Source of the DNA: Marsupella aquatica
Lineage: Eukaryota > Plantae > Marchantiophyta
Assembly (NCBI GenBank): GCA_973895155.1
Contig: OZ316895.1
Coordinates: 124,001-188,000, forward strand
Length of the DNA: 64,000 nt
Direction of reading: 5' to 3'
The position numbers were made by a program, and so were the translations under genes. Shown in pieces: positions 35,301 through 47,857 of the stretch. Each line of letters opens with the position of its first letter. Positions within the stretch are counted from its first letter, which is position 1. Under the pieces are notes generated by a model. The model saw only the letters and a program-made list of their open reading frames with translations, ran no database searches and had not been told where the DNA came from.

Positions 35301-37110
35301 TGTGGAAGCATATCGACTGTTTCTCCAAATGAGACGTGAAGGCTTTGAACCAGATGTATTCACTTATGCGAGTATTCTCAATGCATCTGCAAGCGAAGAG
35401 CCTTTGGGGTGGGTGAAGGAAGATCATGAGCATGCTCGGAAGGCGGGACTGGAGTCCGGTTTGCGTGTGGGCAGTGCACTCATTCACATGTATGCAAAGA
35501 GTGGCAGTATAGATGACGCCCGACTAGTGTTTGACAGAATGCAGAAACGCGGTGTAGTCACATGGAATGTAATGATCGGTGGACTTGCACAACATGGATG
35601 TGGGCATGAAGCATATCGACTGTTTCTCCAAATGAGACGGGAAGGCTTCGAACCAGATGCAATCACTTATCTGAGTATTCTGAGATGCATCTGCAAGTGA
35701 GGGGGCTTTGGAATGGGTGAAGGAAGTTCATGGTCATGCCAGGAAAGCGGGACTGGAATCAGATTTGCGTGTGGGCAGTGCTCTGGTTCACATGTATGCA
35801 CAGAGTGGCAGTATAGATGACGCCGGACTGGTTTTCGACAGAATGGGGGAACGCGACATAGTCACATGGAATGTAATGATCGGTGCATTTGCACAACATG
35901 GATATGGGTATGAAGCATATCGACTGTTTCTCCAAATGAGACGTGAAGGCTTCGAACCAAATGCAATCACTTATGTGAGCATCCTGAATGCATCTGCAAG
36001 TGCGGGGTCTTTGGAGTGGGTGAAGGAGGTTCATGGGCATGCTAGCAGTGCAGGACTGGAGTCAGATTTGCGTGTAGGCAATGCACTGATTCACATGTAT
36101 GCAGAGAGTGGCAGTATCGATGACGCCCGACTCGTTTTTGACAGAATGGGGAAACGTGATGTAGTCACATGGACTGTAATGATCGGTGGATTTGCACAAC
36201 ATGGATGCCGTAATGACGCCCTGGACCACTTCAGAAAAATGACCGAAGACGGTGTGAAGCCCAACGTGTATTCATTCGTGGCAGTGTTGTCAGCCCGTTG
36301 TCACGGAGGCCTTGTTGATGACGGCCGTAGAGTCTTTTCAGCCATGACGCAGGATTATGGGATCGAGCCTGACATTGTGCATTTTAACTGCATGGTGGAT
36401 CTTCTTGGGCGGGCTGGACTCTTGGAGGAAGCAGAGCGCTTCATTAGTGACATGCCAATTGAACCAAATACAGTCACTAACAGCCTTGCTTGGGGCTTGT
36501 AGAACTTACGGTAATGTGGAGTTGGGCGAACTTGCTGCTCAGGAACTTTTCAAGTTGGAACCCAATAATGCCTCCGCATACGTGCTCCTCTCCAACATCG
36601 CATACGTGCTCCTCTCCAACCCTACGCTGCAGCTGGTAAGCGTCAGATGAAGTCATTGGTGCGCACCATGATGCAAAGACGGAGGTATTCGGAAGGAGCC
36701 AGGGCGGAGCTGGATTGAAGTTGATAAGAAGATCCATAAATTTGTTGTAGGGGATAGATCGCACCCAGAAGCGAGGGCATTATATGCGGAGCTCGGTAAA
36801 TTGACTGAGAAATTGAAGGCTGAAGGCTACATTCCGGATACCCGACTTGTGTTGCATGACATCAATGAGAAGGATAAAGAAGTAGTTCTTTGCTCTCATA
36901 GTGAGAAGTTGGCTATTGCTTACGGACTTCTGCACATACCCGGGGGAAAAACAATTCGTGTATGGAAGAACCTTCGGGTGTGTTCGGATTGCCATACCGC
37001 AACCAAGTTTATCTCTAAGGTGACTGAACGCGAGATCATAGCCAGGGATGCCAATCGCTTTCACCATTTTAAAGATGGCAGATGCTCTTGTGGCGATTAC
37101 TGGTGACCTG
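32370..37110. repeat. Older inverted copy (copy 3) of the PPR block
   Basis: Reverse complement similarity to about 23440-28875, including 2 kb of upstream sequence. Confidence 0.88.
34420..37106 (+). pseudogene. PLS-DYW PPR pseudogene (copy 3), two PLS triplets shorter
   Basis: Same motifs as copy 1, with frameshifts near 35683, 36478 and 36620-36690 and a 24-bp duplication (AYVLLSNI x2). The C-terminus HSEKLA...CSCGDYW is intact. Confidence 0.9.
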
Positions 37111-38590
37111 ACTGAAAGTTGTGTTGAAAGTTATTAAGAAAGCAAATAGAGAACAATTTCAAGCACACGTATTCTGTCAGTTTTGCGAAGTTTCTGAAGT
37201 GGAGATGGGAGAGGGGATACATGACGAGAGAGCTGGCCCCTTTTGGCTACTGTCTAATGCTAAACCCTAAGGGCTGTATTCCATTAGTCCTCCTTCCAGG
37301 CCAACCCCTTTTGTTACCCACTCCAGATTGTTGGAGTAAAATTGCGACGTTTGTGGTTTCAAGGGTCACCCTGGAACATATGGCCAGACGGGAAGGCAGC
37401 CAGTACCTTCCAGTTCGCAGTTCCGACCCCCGTCCGATCCTCCGGATCGGTTTCAGAGAACCTTCAAGTTTGCAGTTCCGACCCCCCTCCGATCAGTAGC
37501 ATCGGCTTCAGAGAACCTTTCACCTGCAGTCGCCCGTTTTGTGATTGAACACGTTGCGCTAGTATTGCTTTGGCGGAGCTTGGCCTATGAATGTCCCTTC
37601 CAATAAACTTTCTCATCTCGGGCCCTGAGTTCTTATCTCATCCCAATCACACCCAGGAAATTACTCAGTTAATTGCACAGATTTAAGTATGGCATGGCTG
37701 GAAGTAAATTTCTTGATCATGGATGTCACTCGCAGGGATTGTGCTCTTTTTGGATGGAGTCTTGGTTGCAAGCTGGTAATTTCATTTTCTGTAACACTCG
37801 TGATTGGCAAGACGTATTTGAGTTTTGGTCGTTCTCTGTTGGTTCTCCTGAGCAGCTCCCAGCAAATCAGCTTGTATTGAATGTTAGGCGCGCAAATCAA
37901 CAAACGAAGTGCAATGTGCTTAACATTTTCTAAGAGCTTATTGGAAACGATTCTGTCAATGCGATTGCTTTCACTGGGGATTTGGCTTGGGATTGAATCA
38001 TTTTTTATGATCCTACGGTGAATGAAGAGAAATTGTGATGATCATAGAACATGATGAAAGAGTAGTGAAGTTCTGTGTCCCCCACATCCTTGTTGATTCA
38101 GCGAGAAACAATTTTTGAAGGTACTTCACAGACCCTCCAACCTCCAGTCCGATTATAGATTCATAAGTGACTCTGGATACTCACCTTTGCACAGAACTTT
38201 ATTTTCCATTGCCCTTACCAGGCCAGATTTCTAGGATATTAACTATTATGTGGCTTTCCTGAACCTCTTTTTCTTTCGTAGATCCTTTTATTCCATTTTT
38301 CTCTCGGGACAGCAATCGGGTCATTGTAAGGTGTGAGGAAACAGTAAAAAATTTACTCGCACCGGAACATTTTGTCGTCCATATATGCAAAATATGGCAT
38401 GGTTATCACCTCGCTAGCCTGACTTAGAACTCGCTAGGACAAAAACAACCTTTTCAAAAACAGAAAAATGAGTGTTCCACTCTATAACGAAACCTACCGC
38501 CGACGGCACATTTTTACATATCATGTATTTGTCGCACAACTGTCCACTTAAAGACCCCATAAGTGACCATCATCATGGGACGTACGTCAG

Positions 38591-41500
38591 GCCAGCAAAA
38601 TCGCTAGCAATCGTGACCCCCATAATTCTCCCACGAATTTTGGCGCGCGGTCGTTAAAGACGTGAATAAATCATAATGATACGGGACAAGGAAGAATGTC
38701 CTTTGACTTAAACAATCTCGGGAGCGCATCCAAGGACAGGATCCAAAGCTTCATCCGGCCACCGAGCGTGAGATGCGCAACAGACAAGATCTAAAAACAA
38801 CCAACAGACAAGATCCCAATCCATTGGGAAGGATCTCCAGCTATCCACCATCCCCTATATCTTACTCGCTCCTTCAGAAACATTTCCATTCATTTCCTTT
38901 CGGCCATTCTTTCGGGCTCTCATTGTGCTCGACGATTACTCGAAGCGCGATTCGCTTGTTGTCTTCTCGGGTGTCGAAGCCCTTCCGTGACCTCTGCTAC
39001 TATCGTCGAAGCATTACATCGAGCTCCTGGTTGATCACAAGGAGCATACATTTGCCATTCGGATCCGGATCGAGGTATTGGAAAACATATGAGAGAGAGC
39101 TCTGAGCTCTGAGCTGGTAAGTTACATCTCGCTAGCTTAAACGCATCACAAAGAATGGACCGTTACTTACCACCCAAATAAAGTTACCCCATTGTCTCCA
39201 CCGCACAACCCACCATGAAATCCACCCTTGTAGTGATTTAAGCTTCAGTTGGAAGGGTGACAATTCCCTTCTTTCCACCATTTTTGAATGTCATCGGCTA
39301 TACGATATGCTTTGACGTATGTTGGAGCAATTCTTAACTTCTCCCACATCTTATAGTGCTCTGCATGACATCCCTCCTTGATCCCCTCCAAAGTGTATCT
39401 TCTGAGGGATTGAGAGAAATGGAAAGCATCACTATGCTCTTTCAGAGGATTTTTGACACCCCCAAAAAATACCCTTCGCACAGCAATCCAGCCAGCCTCC
39501 GCATTGTCTGCTATGAATCCTCCAATAATGGGATTATGGACTCCATTCTTGGATGCGACATCTACCATTAACCTCCACGCAGTTTCAAGCGACTCTGTGT
39601 CTTCGGCTCTCAACTCGCAAGTGAAAATTGTACATAGAGCGCGGTAATTATGGTCATACACGTGTGCGCTAAAGGTCAACCATCCAGTAGTGATACGATG
39701 CATCGCGTCAAAACTGACCGAAGAACCTTCCAATACTCCTCCAGCCTCCATGCTCCTCAAAATTTCCACACCCGATCCAGGACCATTTGTACTCATTTTG
39801 AATACATGCGCTCAATCATTTCTATTTCCTTGACCAGGAAACAGGTACCTCTGCACGAAAGGGAAATTATTACGTGATTGCATTTCACGAAGTGAGTCAA
39901 GTTCTCCTTTTTTAGGATTATCCATCTTCACACTCCGAAGAATAGCTTGGAACTTTGGAGCAGTGGAAACCACTCCGATCAAACTCCAAATTTCTTGTTG
40001 TTCTTCTCTCGACAACTGAGCCGATGATTCTGGATGCAATAGCGAGACTAGGTTCCCAATTGACTGGTTTCTCAGACGTGCGGGAGTTGAGACTGGATTC
40101 AACCTATGGACCCCTAAAACAACATCTTCCGCTGTTTTTCTCGCAGAATGAGATTTTCCCTTCCAAACGGGGTGATCGTGGAATCCCATATGCACAGCCA
40201 ATCTGAACATATGCATTGAAATGTGACTCTCCAAACCTGGCTTAGGGTACACATACAACAGTTTTGCCGGGCAATCTTGAATATAGAGAGGCCTCTCTTC
40301 ACAGAAGCCACAAACAAGTCCGCCCTCACTCACTTGCTCTCCAAGACGAAAGATGTCAGTCAGAAACCCTTTCCCTCTGAAAGCGCAGTCATTTTTCACT
40401 CCAGTATGTTTCAACTTCCGGCAACCCAAATTATGGCATTCCAGAACGCCAGTGCAACGAACTTTCAACACAGCCCAATGAAACCTTGGCTTCAAATTTG
40501 CAGATGTATTCACTAGTCTCGTCCAAGGATAGTCGTCCTTCTCTCGGTCCATATCTTGGAGACCTCCTCCCCGCCCGCCCCCCTCGACTGGAGGAAGTTC
40601 AAAAACAACGTTACCATTGTATGTCAATGGCAGACTCGAAACCTGACATTCATTCCATTGATTCCCTCTCCTAAATTGTGCAAGTTCACTTGCTCCACTA
40701 ATATTGAGAAAAGCGGCATAGGCACTCATCCGATACAATGTGGTCATGCTATCCCTAGTCCTTTGAATCAAATTTGTCGCTAACCCTTCGAGTTTGGAAC
40801 CACCTCCTGACTTCACCGAACCACAAGATGTGTCTTGCCTTATACTCTCTGGAGATATTTCAATGACCTCGGGAGCTCTGTCTTTGGGAGGCGTCCCAAG
40901 ATCAATCACAGGAGTTTGATGAACGGGATCTAATTCCATCGGTTCCAGAATGACATCAGGAAAACCATCTTTACTGGACAGAACCTCGACACAAGATCCA
41001 ACCTTCAGTGTCCAGACCTTGCCGGAAGTACTACTGTCCTCTCTCAACTCGTGACTCCGTGGCCCATTTTGAGAATACAACTCAAACAACTTCATGATGA
41101 GGTCATCTTTTGGAATTCCAAAATGAGTTACAAGGAATGACTATGTCACCCTCACCTCTGCCGAACCAGGGGTACTTGGGAGTACCACCACGTCTCCCGT
41201 GATTCTACAATCCAAAACCACCTTGGAATTCATCGACATCATCTCTTCTCAGGATATAAAAATACAACGACTATGTTTTGAATCGTCCATACGACTCTTA
41301 TTTGCAGGACCAAAATTGTGTTCATCGCAACGGAAACAACAAACCGAACAAATTGTCAGTCAGTTCCCGTTGATTTGACCGTTCTTTTGTCTTTTACTCA
41401 ACGTATAGGGACGTGTCCCATGCTAGCAATCTTGCTAGCTTGGTTTTGATAGTTTTTTGACAAACAAACCGTTGATTTCACCTCTTTTTAAGGATATCTG

Positions 41501-44500
41501 TGTGATTGCGTTTATGCTAGCGATCTCGCTAGCCAAAAAGTCAAATTGATTTTGACGAAGTTTACCGTTAGGATTCCGTTGGGAATAGTCAACGGGTACC
41601 ATAATGTCAACGGTACAAATTACAACGGACACCTGGAGCATTTTTTGTGGATAAGATTATCCCAGTTGTGAAGGTTGTTCTTTGGGTTTTCCAAAAAGTA
41701 CAACTAGTGGTCCCTGCCATGAGATTTCTGTTCTTCCTTACATTGTACTGTCGATCGTTGTCAGTATTCACTATCGTAACTCTGTAAGGCTTTGGTAGGA
41801 GTTCGTAACAATTTGTACGGCTGTCCTAATTCTCCGAAAGGAGGTGCTGTGTGGACGTTTTTCACGCGTGCAGTTGCTGTAGTCTCCAAACACGAGCACT
41901 CTTCTCCGAAGGGTTTTATTTCATGGAGTCATCGTTGTCTCCAGAGAGTATTTCTTCGAGAGGATCATTTCAGTTGAGGGAGTCGACAAGGAGAGAAACT
42001 AGGTCCACAGCGAACAAGAAAGCGCTTGCAGCGGGATTGAAGACTCCAAGGCGGCCCAAGATGGTGACAGCGGTAGATGTAGTTGCTCCTGTGTTTGATC
42101 CGAGCGCTTTGATCAATACTTTCACTAATTCTGGACTATTATTCTCAATTTGGATTATTCATAACAACTTTTTGGAAACAAAAATATAGATAAATAAGAG
42201 ACTTATCAAAGTCACCCTAGGAAAGTTTTGACCAAGATGTATTAAGCTTAACAAGCTGCTTCAAATGAATCTATGCACAACACATGATGTATTCTAGAAC
42301 TCAAGTTATAGATCAAAGAACACCTTATGTTGGAAATTTCATGATCAACATTTGGACAAAAGAATGTCCAGAATTAGTGAAATTAGTGATTTTGGAACCT
42401 TACACGGTTGTCATAAACCGTCATCTTCACTCGTTCGGAGTGAATGAGTTTGGATTTGCATTGGCTCCCCCCCCCCAAATTCCTCTCTACCGGATGAGGA
42501 ACATGCAGATTGTCCGGTCTCTGCAGAAGGATTCCACTGCAATAGACACATTGAAGTCTAAGTTCAAAATGCAAGGTTACATCGAAGATGCGCCTCGGTT
42601 TTACGTTCAGATGACAAACGAGGATGGAGAAATCCAGATGTCTACCGACGCCATCCGCAAAACTTGGGATGATATTTGGGTGTTGCAAAACGAGGAGTTT
42701 GAGCGCGAATGTGATTCTCATGTTTCTTTCCAGATCCTCAAGGACAAAATATTCTGTCTTTTCGATGGAAACCACCGATTGTATTCGTGGAGCCAACTGG
42801 CGGAGGAGCATCCGGATGATATTAAGTACCATCCTCGAGTGGTCTGCAAGATCTTTAAGGTGAAAAGAACTCTTTTGTTCAGATGGAGTCGGCTATGCAT
42901 GCATTGAACAGGTGGGACTTCTCAGGATAAGATAGTTCTGAAATTCCTTTTTTACCATTTCACTTTCAGCCAGCAATCTTGCTAACATGAGAATGTTGTG
43001 GCAGGTTAACTCAATGTCATGTAGAGAATTCCTGGGTTTTGGAGGCTGAACGCGTCGAGAAGATTCTGACCATGACTTATCCGTTTACAAAGATATCATC
43101 GACGCTGAGAATTACAAACTTTTCCAACAGAAGATGGCCAACGTGCGGAAGGCGGCATGGTATTCGAAGAACATGACGCTGGATGCCTGCACTTATATTC
43201 TATCCGCTGCTAACATTGCATCGTAGACCGAGGACCTGAAGAAGAAATTTGCTCTTAAGGAAGCTCAAGGCGAGCCCCTCTCCAAGGCTGCACAGGACTT
43301 AGCAATGCATGACATGATGAAAGAACAACTCGCTGATTGGAATGTGAAAGTTCCAAAGATTGGTCCATTACTAAATCCAGAGTTTGGAGACTTTTTCAAG
43401 AAATGTGTCGAAATGCATAATTACTGTGAGAATGAGAGAAAGGAGGCCCAGAGAACAGATGACAAAGGCAAGGGAAATGTTTCAATCTTGTGGTCTTGAT
43501 CGAGCTTGATTGTTCACTGGTGTGACCTCCTTATCCCCAGAGCTCCAATGTACACTCCTGGAGGCACAGTGTTGTCCTGAGCTTCGGAAGAAATTCTTTC
43601 ATCCAGGTCAATTCTCAGATAGTAAGACTAAGCTTTGGCTTCATCGTTGGGCAATGTGGGAGCAAGTCGAGTCAATTGCATCTTCCCTCATGTCTGAAAT
43701 TGTTTCTGAGGTAATGCCTACTGTCCCTGAGTCGAGGATCCTTACGTCTTCAGAGAAGACGAAAGCTTCGCTAATCCTTGACATTGAGGAGGATTTGAGG
43801 ATTTCCAAACTCGTGTGAAAACTCGTTTCTTCAAGCAGATTTGGCCACCCAAGACAGGAGAGAAGGTAGACATTGCATTGTTTTGGAGGAGAGCGAAGAG
43901 ATACACGTATCAATTTTTTGTAGACAGAGAAGTAGCAGACAAATTCTACTGGTGGTCCTACCTAGCTTGCTTCTCCCCATGGATAGCCGGAGTTAAAGAG
44001 GACCCTACAAGTGATAAGTTTGGGGAATATTGTATGTTTCCTTGCGAGGGAAGTGAAGCTCCGAGGAGATTGAGCGAGTGGGAGGTTCTTCACTGTCCAT
44101 GGTATTTGGACTCGGACAAATGGTCTGTGACATTTGACACTGCAGAGAAAGCAGCTCTTCACATGATCAATCAAGGATTCCTTCCGGAATCTTACATCTC
44201 CGAGTCCAAATTGGCACCCACTGACGCTGAAGTTGGTGGTTGCGAGGCAATGGAAAAGGCTTGTCTTGGTGTAGCTGCCATAGTGGATAGGAGTCGAGCA
44301 TGGAAGTCAAGAAAAGGAGCCTTGAAGGACACATCTAAAGATGGGTCCCAGATTTCCGGGAAGCCAAGTAAGTCTGTCAATTTTATGTTACTTTTTATTT
44401 TGAAGTCCGGATGTGTGTCGAATATACAGACACTAATGTCTTTTGCTTCACAGAGAGGAGGAAGGGAGCGGCTTTTGAGAGTTTGAAGAGTGGAGCAGAT

Positions 44501-45279
44501 GATGGTGAGGAACCTCAGTCCCTAGATGAGGAAGTCACAACAAAGAGCACAGTGGATTTAGGAAGTATAAAGTGTTTGAAACGGAAGCAAAACATCCAGA
44601 TTCTTTCAGATTCGGACGATGAGGAAGTTTCAGTTGCTCAAGGTGTTGCTCGGATGTGTGGTTTGAAGATGGATGGGCAGCGACATTTCCTCGCTCGTAG
44701 CAATTTGACCGATACTGCAAACTCAATTAGCGTAAGTAAAGTGAGGCCATTTTGGATGGGAGATGGAGATCGATGGATTACTGGGATGTCGAAGAGCGTA
44801 GAGTGCCCGAACCCTGTCTAATGGAAAGCCTTATGCTAGGATTGGAGCACATTTGGGATTCATTTCTCTTCCAACTGGGCATAGAACACGCGTTACAGAC
44901 AAACAGGTTCCGTCTTGGAATGTTTGGAGCGAGAAACTTCCATATTATTTTTTTGGAGTGATGAGACCAATGCTTTCAGACGACGGATATGTTGTTGTCT
45001 TGCACAGCTTGGATTTCAATCACATGAGGCAAATATATATTTACGGTAGTCGAGCAAAAAAACAAATTCAAACATGTTCAGCAATATACCATTTTGTTGT
45101 CCACCCCTTTATGGAGGGCAGATATGGATATCGAGGTAATTATCCCTTCAATTTCTGGAGATTTTTAATGCTAGCGATGTCGCTAACAAAATGATAATTT
45201 TTCCACTACTCAACATGTTTGGTTTACCTGTTAATTTTCCATTTTGTCCGACTCAGTTAATGCTAGCGAGCTCGCTAAC
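38591..45279. promoter_or_regulatory. Dispersed 18-bp palindromes GCYAGCRA-NN-TYGCTARC
   Basis: Copies at 38591, 41422, 41516, 42969, 45170 and 45262, all in intergenic or intronic DNA. Half-sites at 38411, 39129, 46582 and 46599. Confidence 0.8.
39171..41095 (-). pseudogene. Mutator-like (MULE) DDE transposase with a Cys/His-rich (GCM-like) N-terminal domain
   Basis: Motifs TYNGNVVFELPP, CTGVLECHNLGC, CGFC...C...HMGFHDHP, SFDAMHR, HVYD, GFIADNAEAGWIAVRRVF and DAFHFSQS. Frameshifts near 39810 and 39245. A GTAAGT donor at 39170 is followed by loss of homology. Confidence 0.75.
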
Positions 45280-45831
45280 AAAGTTACTTTACAATATTTC
45301 TAATGTATTGTGGTTTTTTGTTCAGGTGTGCACTCTCATCCTGGATGTTTTTTGTCGGGTGGAATTTAATGCAAAGATTCCTAAAGACCCAGCGTATGTT
45401 CCATTGACGTCTTCGGAAGATGCAAGACATAAGTCAATGTTGAGTGTTTGTTACCCTAAGACTGACCCCTGTCCAGCAGCGGCTGTTGCTAGATCAAAAA
45501 GGCTTTCAATTGGGTTCATGCAAGCCGTGATGGAATTCCTCACAAAGCCCAAAGACATAGTCTTGACTGGACTGTGTGTGGCGGTAGCTCGTTTGCTGCC
45601 GGAGAATTCTCCGGGAGGTTTGTTGTCGGTGTTGAGGACAGGGACATTCTGCATTCGTGTGCTCAAAAAACTTTAAATAGTGTTCTTGCGAGGCACTTGA
45701 GCAAGGCAAAGCAGATTAAGGATCAGGCAGCCAAGGGTCATCAAGACGCTGGGTCGGATGATGAGTTCACGATTCCAGGAGATGAACAGGCTGGGCCTTC
45801 AAGCGAGAAAGACAAATTCGACCTGGAGTAA
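42284..45831 (+). pseudogene. Multi-exon gene: ParB/Srx-like N-terminal domain plus C-terminal beta-class N6A/N4C DNA methyltransferase-like domain
   Basis: FCLFDGNHRLYSW at ~42755. AHLGFISLPTG...VPSWN...LSDDGYVVVLH at ~44850-45005. FMQAVMEFLTKPKDIVL-(1-nt frameshift)-DWTVCGGSSFAAGEFSGRFVVGVED at ~45515-45640. GT-AG introns at 42912-43004 and 45136-45325. Several stops and frameshifts. Confidence 0.68.
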
Positions 45832-47857
45832 AGTACTTGGCCTCTTCTGATGTCGGACTCCCTATTTGGTTTCTTTGTTTTCTTCATTTTGTTGCTCTTT
45901 GTCAACTGATGTCGGTGGTTGCGTCAGTGATAGGAGGGTGGATTGGTTTTCTGAGGAGAGATTTCGTCTTCGGAGGGAAGTCCAGGAGTCCATTGTGGTT
46001 ACTCCTGAGAAGCCTTTTACTCTTTTGTGCTATGCTGAGACATCGGCGAGGCAGGTTGATGAAGCTCCTGTGGTCTTGACTTGGGAGGCGAAAGGACTTT
46101 GATCCATGAGAGGTGCTCGAAGATATCTGGATTGTTCAAGGTTTATCGACAATGAGGCGGGGACAGTCCGTCAGTATTTAGATGAGTCTGCCAAGTCCAC
46201 GGAGAGGGAAACCAGTAGCGATCCTAGTAGTAGTGACATATCTGATGAATCAGAGGATGAAGTTTATGACTGAACAAGTAGGAGCAAGTAGGACTGGATG
46301 TACTGGTCGAAGTTGACTCTTACAGTTTTTTTGTGTTGAAGTTGTTGGCGATCCACACAGTTTTCAATGTAAAGAGGTTCCATATTATGATGGAAGTTTC
46401 TAGTTTTGGTGATCTTTTTTAAGATGAGTAAAACGTGTGTGGCTCAAGTATGGAATACTTATGACAATCATGCATGATTTTTCATTGTCATATTCTTTTC
46501 ATTATTGTAAGAGGTGGAAAACTGAGAATCTTTTGGCATTGTTTTCATGGAATGTGCGAGAAATTCATCCGCCAAAATGCCTTGCTAACAATGTTGCCTC
46601 GCTAGCAAAATCTCATGTTTCCTCGCACCGTACAATTCCTCACAGCAATCGAGCCATAAAATAATGGTATATCATAGAATTTGATTTGCATTTACTTATA
46701 GAATGATGGTGGCATCTCTTGCAAACTGACCAACTTCCCAGGCCATGAGTAGCCAATTCTTCACCAATTAATTTCCTGGGTAGTCAGCGCACCTCACCAA
46801 AACTTGGTTACACCAACTCTTGCCAGCAAGTTCCAATGTGTTAGGAACAACAGGACAAGTGGGCATGGGGAATTCACTAGGTTCTATAAGTTGCTGAAGA
46901 GAAGCCTTGGCCTTGGTGTGCAGTTGTGGTCTGTTTAGTGCAAAATCCGGCCCTGCATTGCATGGGGACGGCCATGCACTAGCCTTGTATTGGGTGCAAA
47001 AACCGGTCGGGCGGCCGTGCACGTGTAGTGCACGGATAATATATATAGTGAAGTGATATCCAGGCACTTATTCAAATTTTAGGCAGAGAAGAGTGCAGAA
47101 AGTAGATGTTTAATGTAAGTTGTTGAAGGAAGAGAAAATATGAAAATATGAGTTGTGGGTGGGAGAGGACCAGACTACCAGAGGGAAGAGAATCCTCAAT
47201 CTCCTCCTTTATGAATCCAACGATCTCAATTATAATTCCCGCCTTTTCATTGTTGTACACACATGATTACTCAGGATCCTGTTGTGCGCGTTGTAATAGT
47301 TGTTTCAAAAAAATAAAAATGAAAATGGCCTTATGCAACAATCAGCTAATTGCGCAGGGGCCTAAACCCTTCTGGATCATTGTCTCCCCAAAGACACTGT
47401 TTCTTCAATCCGGACAACATAGCTTCTTGATAACTCATCCATTGCTGTAAATCGGAAAGGATACCTGAGATGGATTCATAACTAAATGCCGGGATTACTC
47501 CCAGCCAGGATAAGCTGGTTGAAGTTGATTTTGATTTTGATTTAATTTGATGTTGATATTGATTTTAGTGGTTGATGCATGTTGATGATCACCCTAAAGT
47601 GTACTGTCATATATATATGTCACGGAACGACCATTGAAGACCATTCAAGACGGATAATTGTCACGTGCAAGCAAACAGTGAAATTTTTCCTCTCAGGAGC
47701 AAAAAGCATTCTTGCGTGACCCCTATTTTTCTACATCCAACTGCCTCGCTATCGACTACCTGGTTGGTAACATCCCTTTTGGGGACTGTTTGCTCGCACG
47801 TTACAACTACCCGAGTGAACACCCCACTCCCACCTGTTTGTCCCACGACCCGTGATC

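Noticed and set aside
42284-45831. Bacterial or phage contamination as the source of the ParB/MTase motifs
   Set aside because: The gene has GT-AG introns and is embedded among plant transposons.
38477-47857. Terminal inverted repeats and TSD for the MULE-like element (candidate CACT start at 38477)
   Set aside because: I could not find a matching opposite end, so element boundaries are left undefined.
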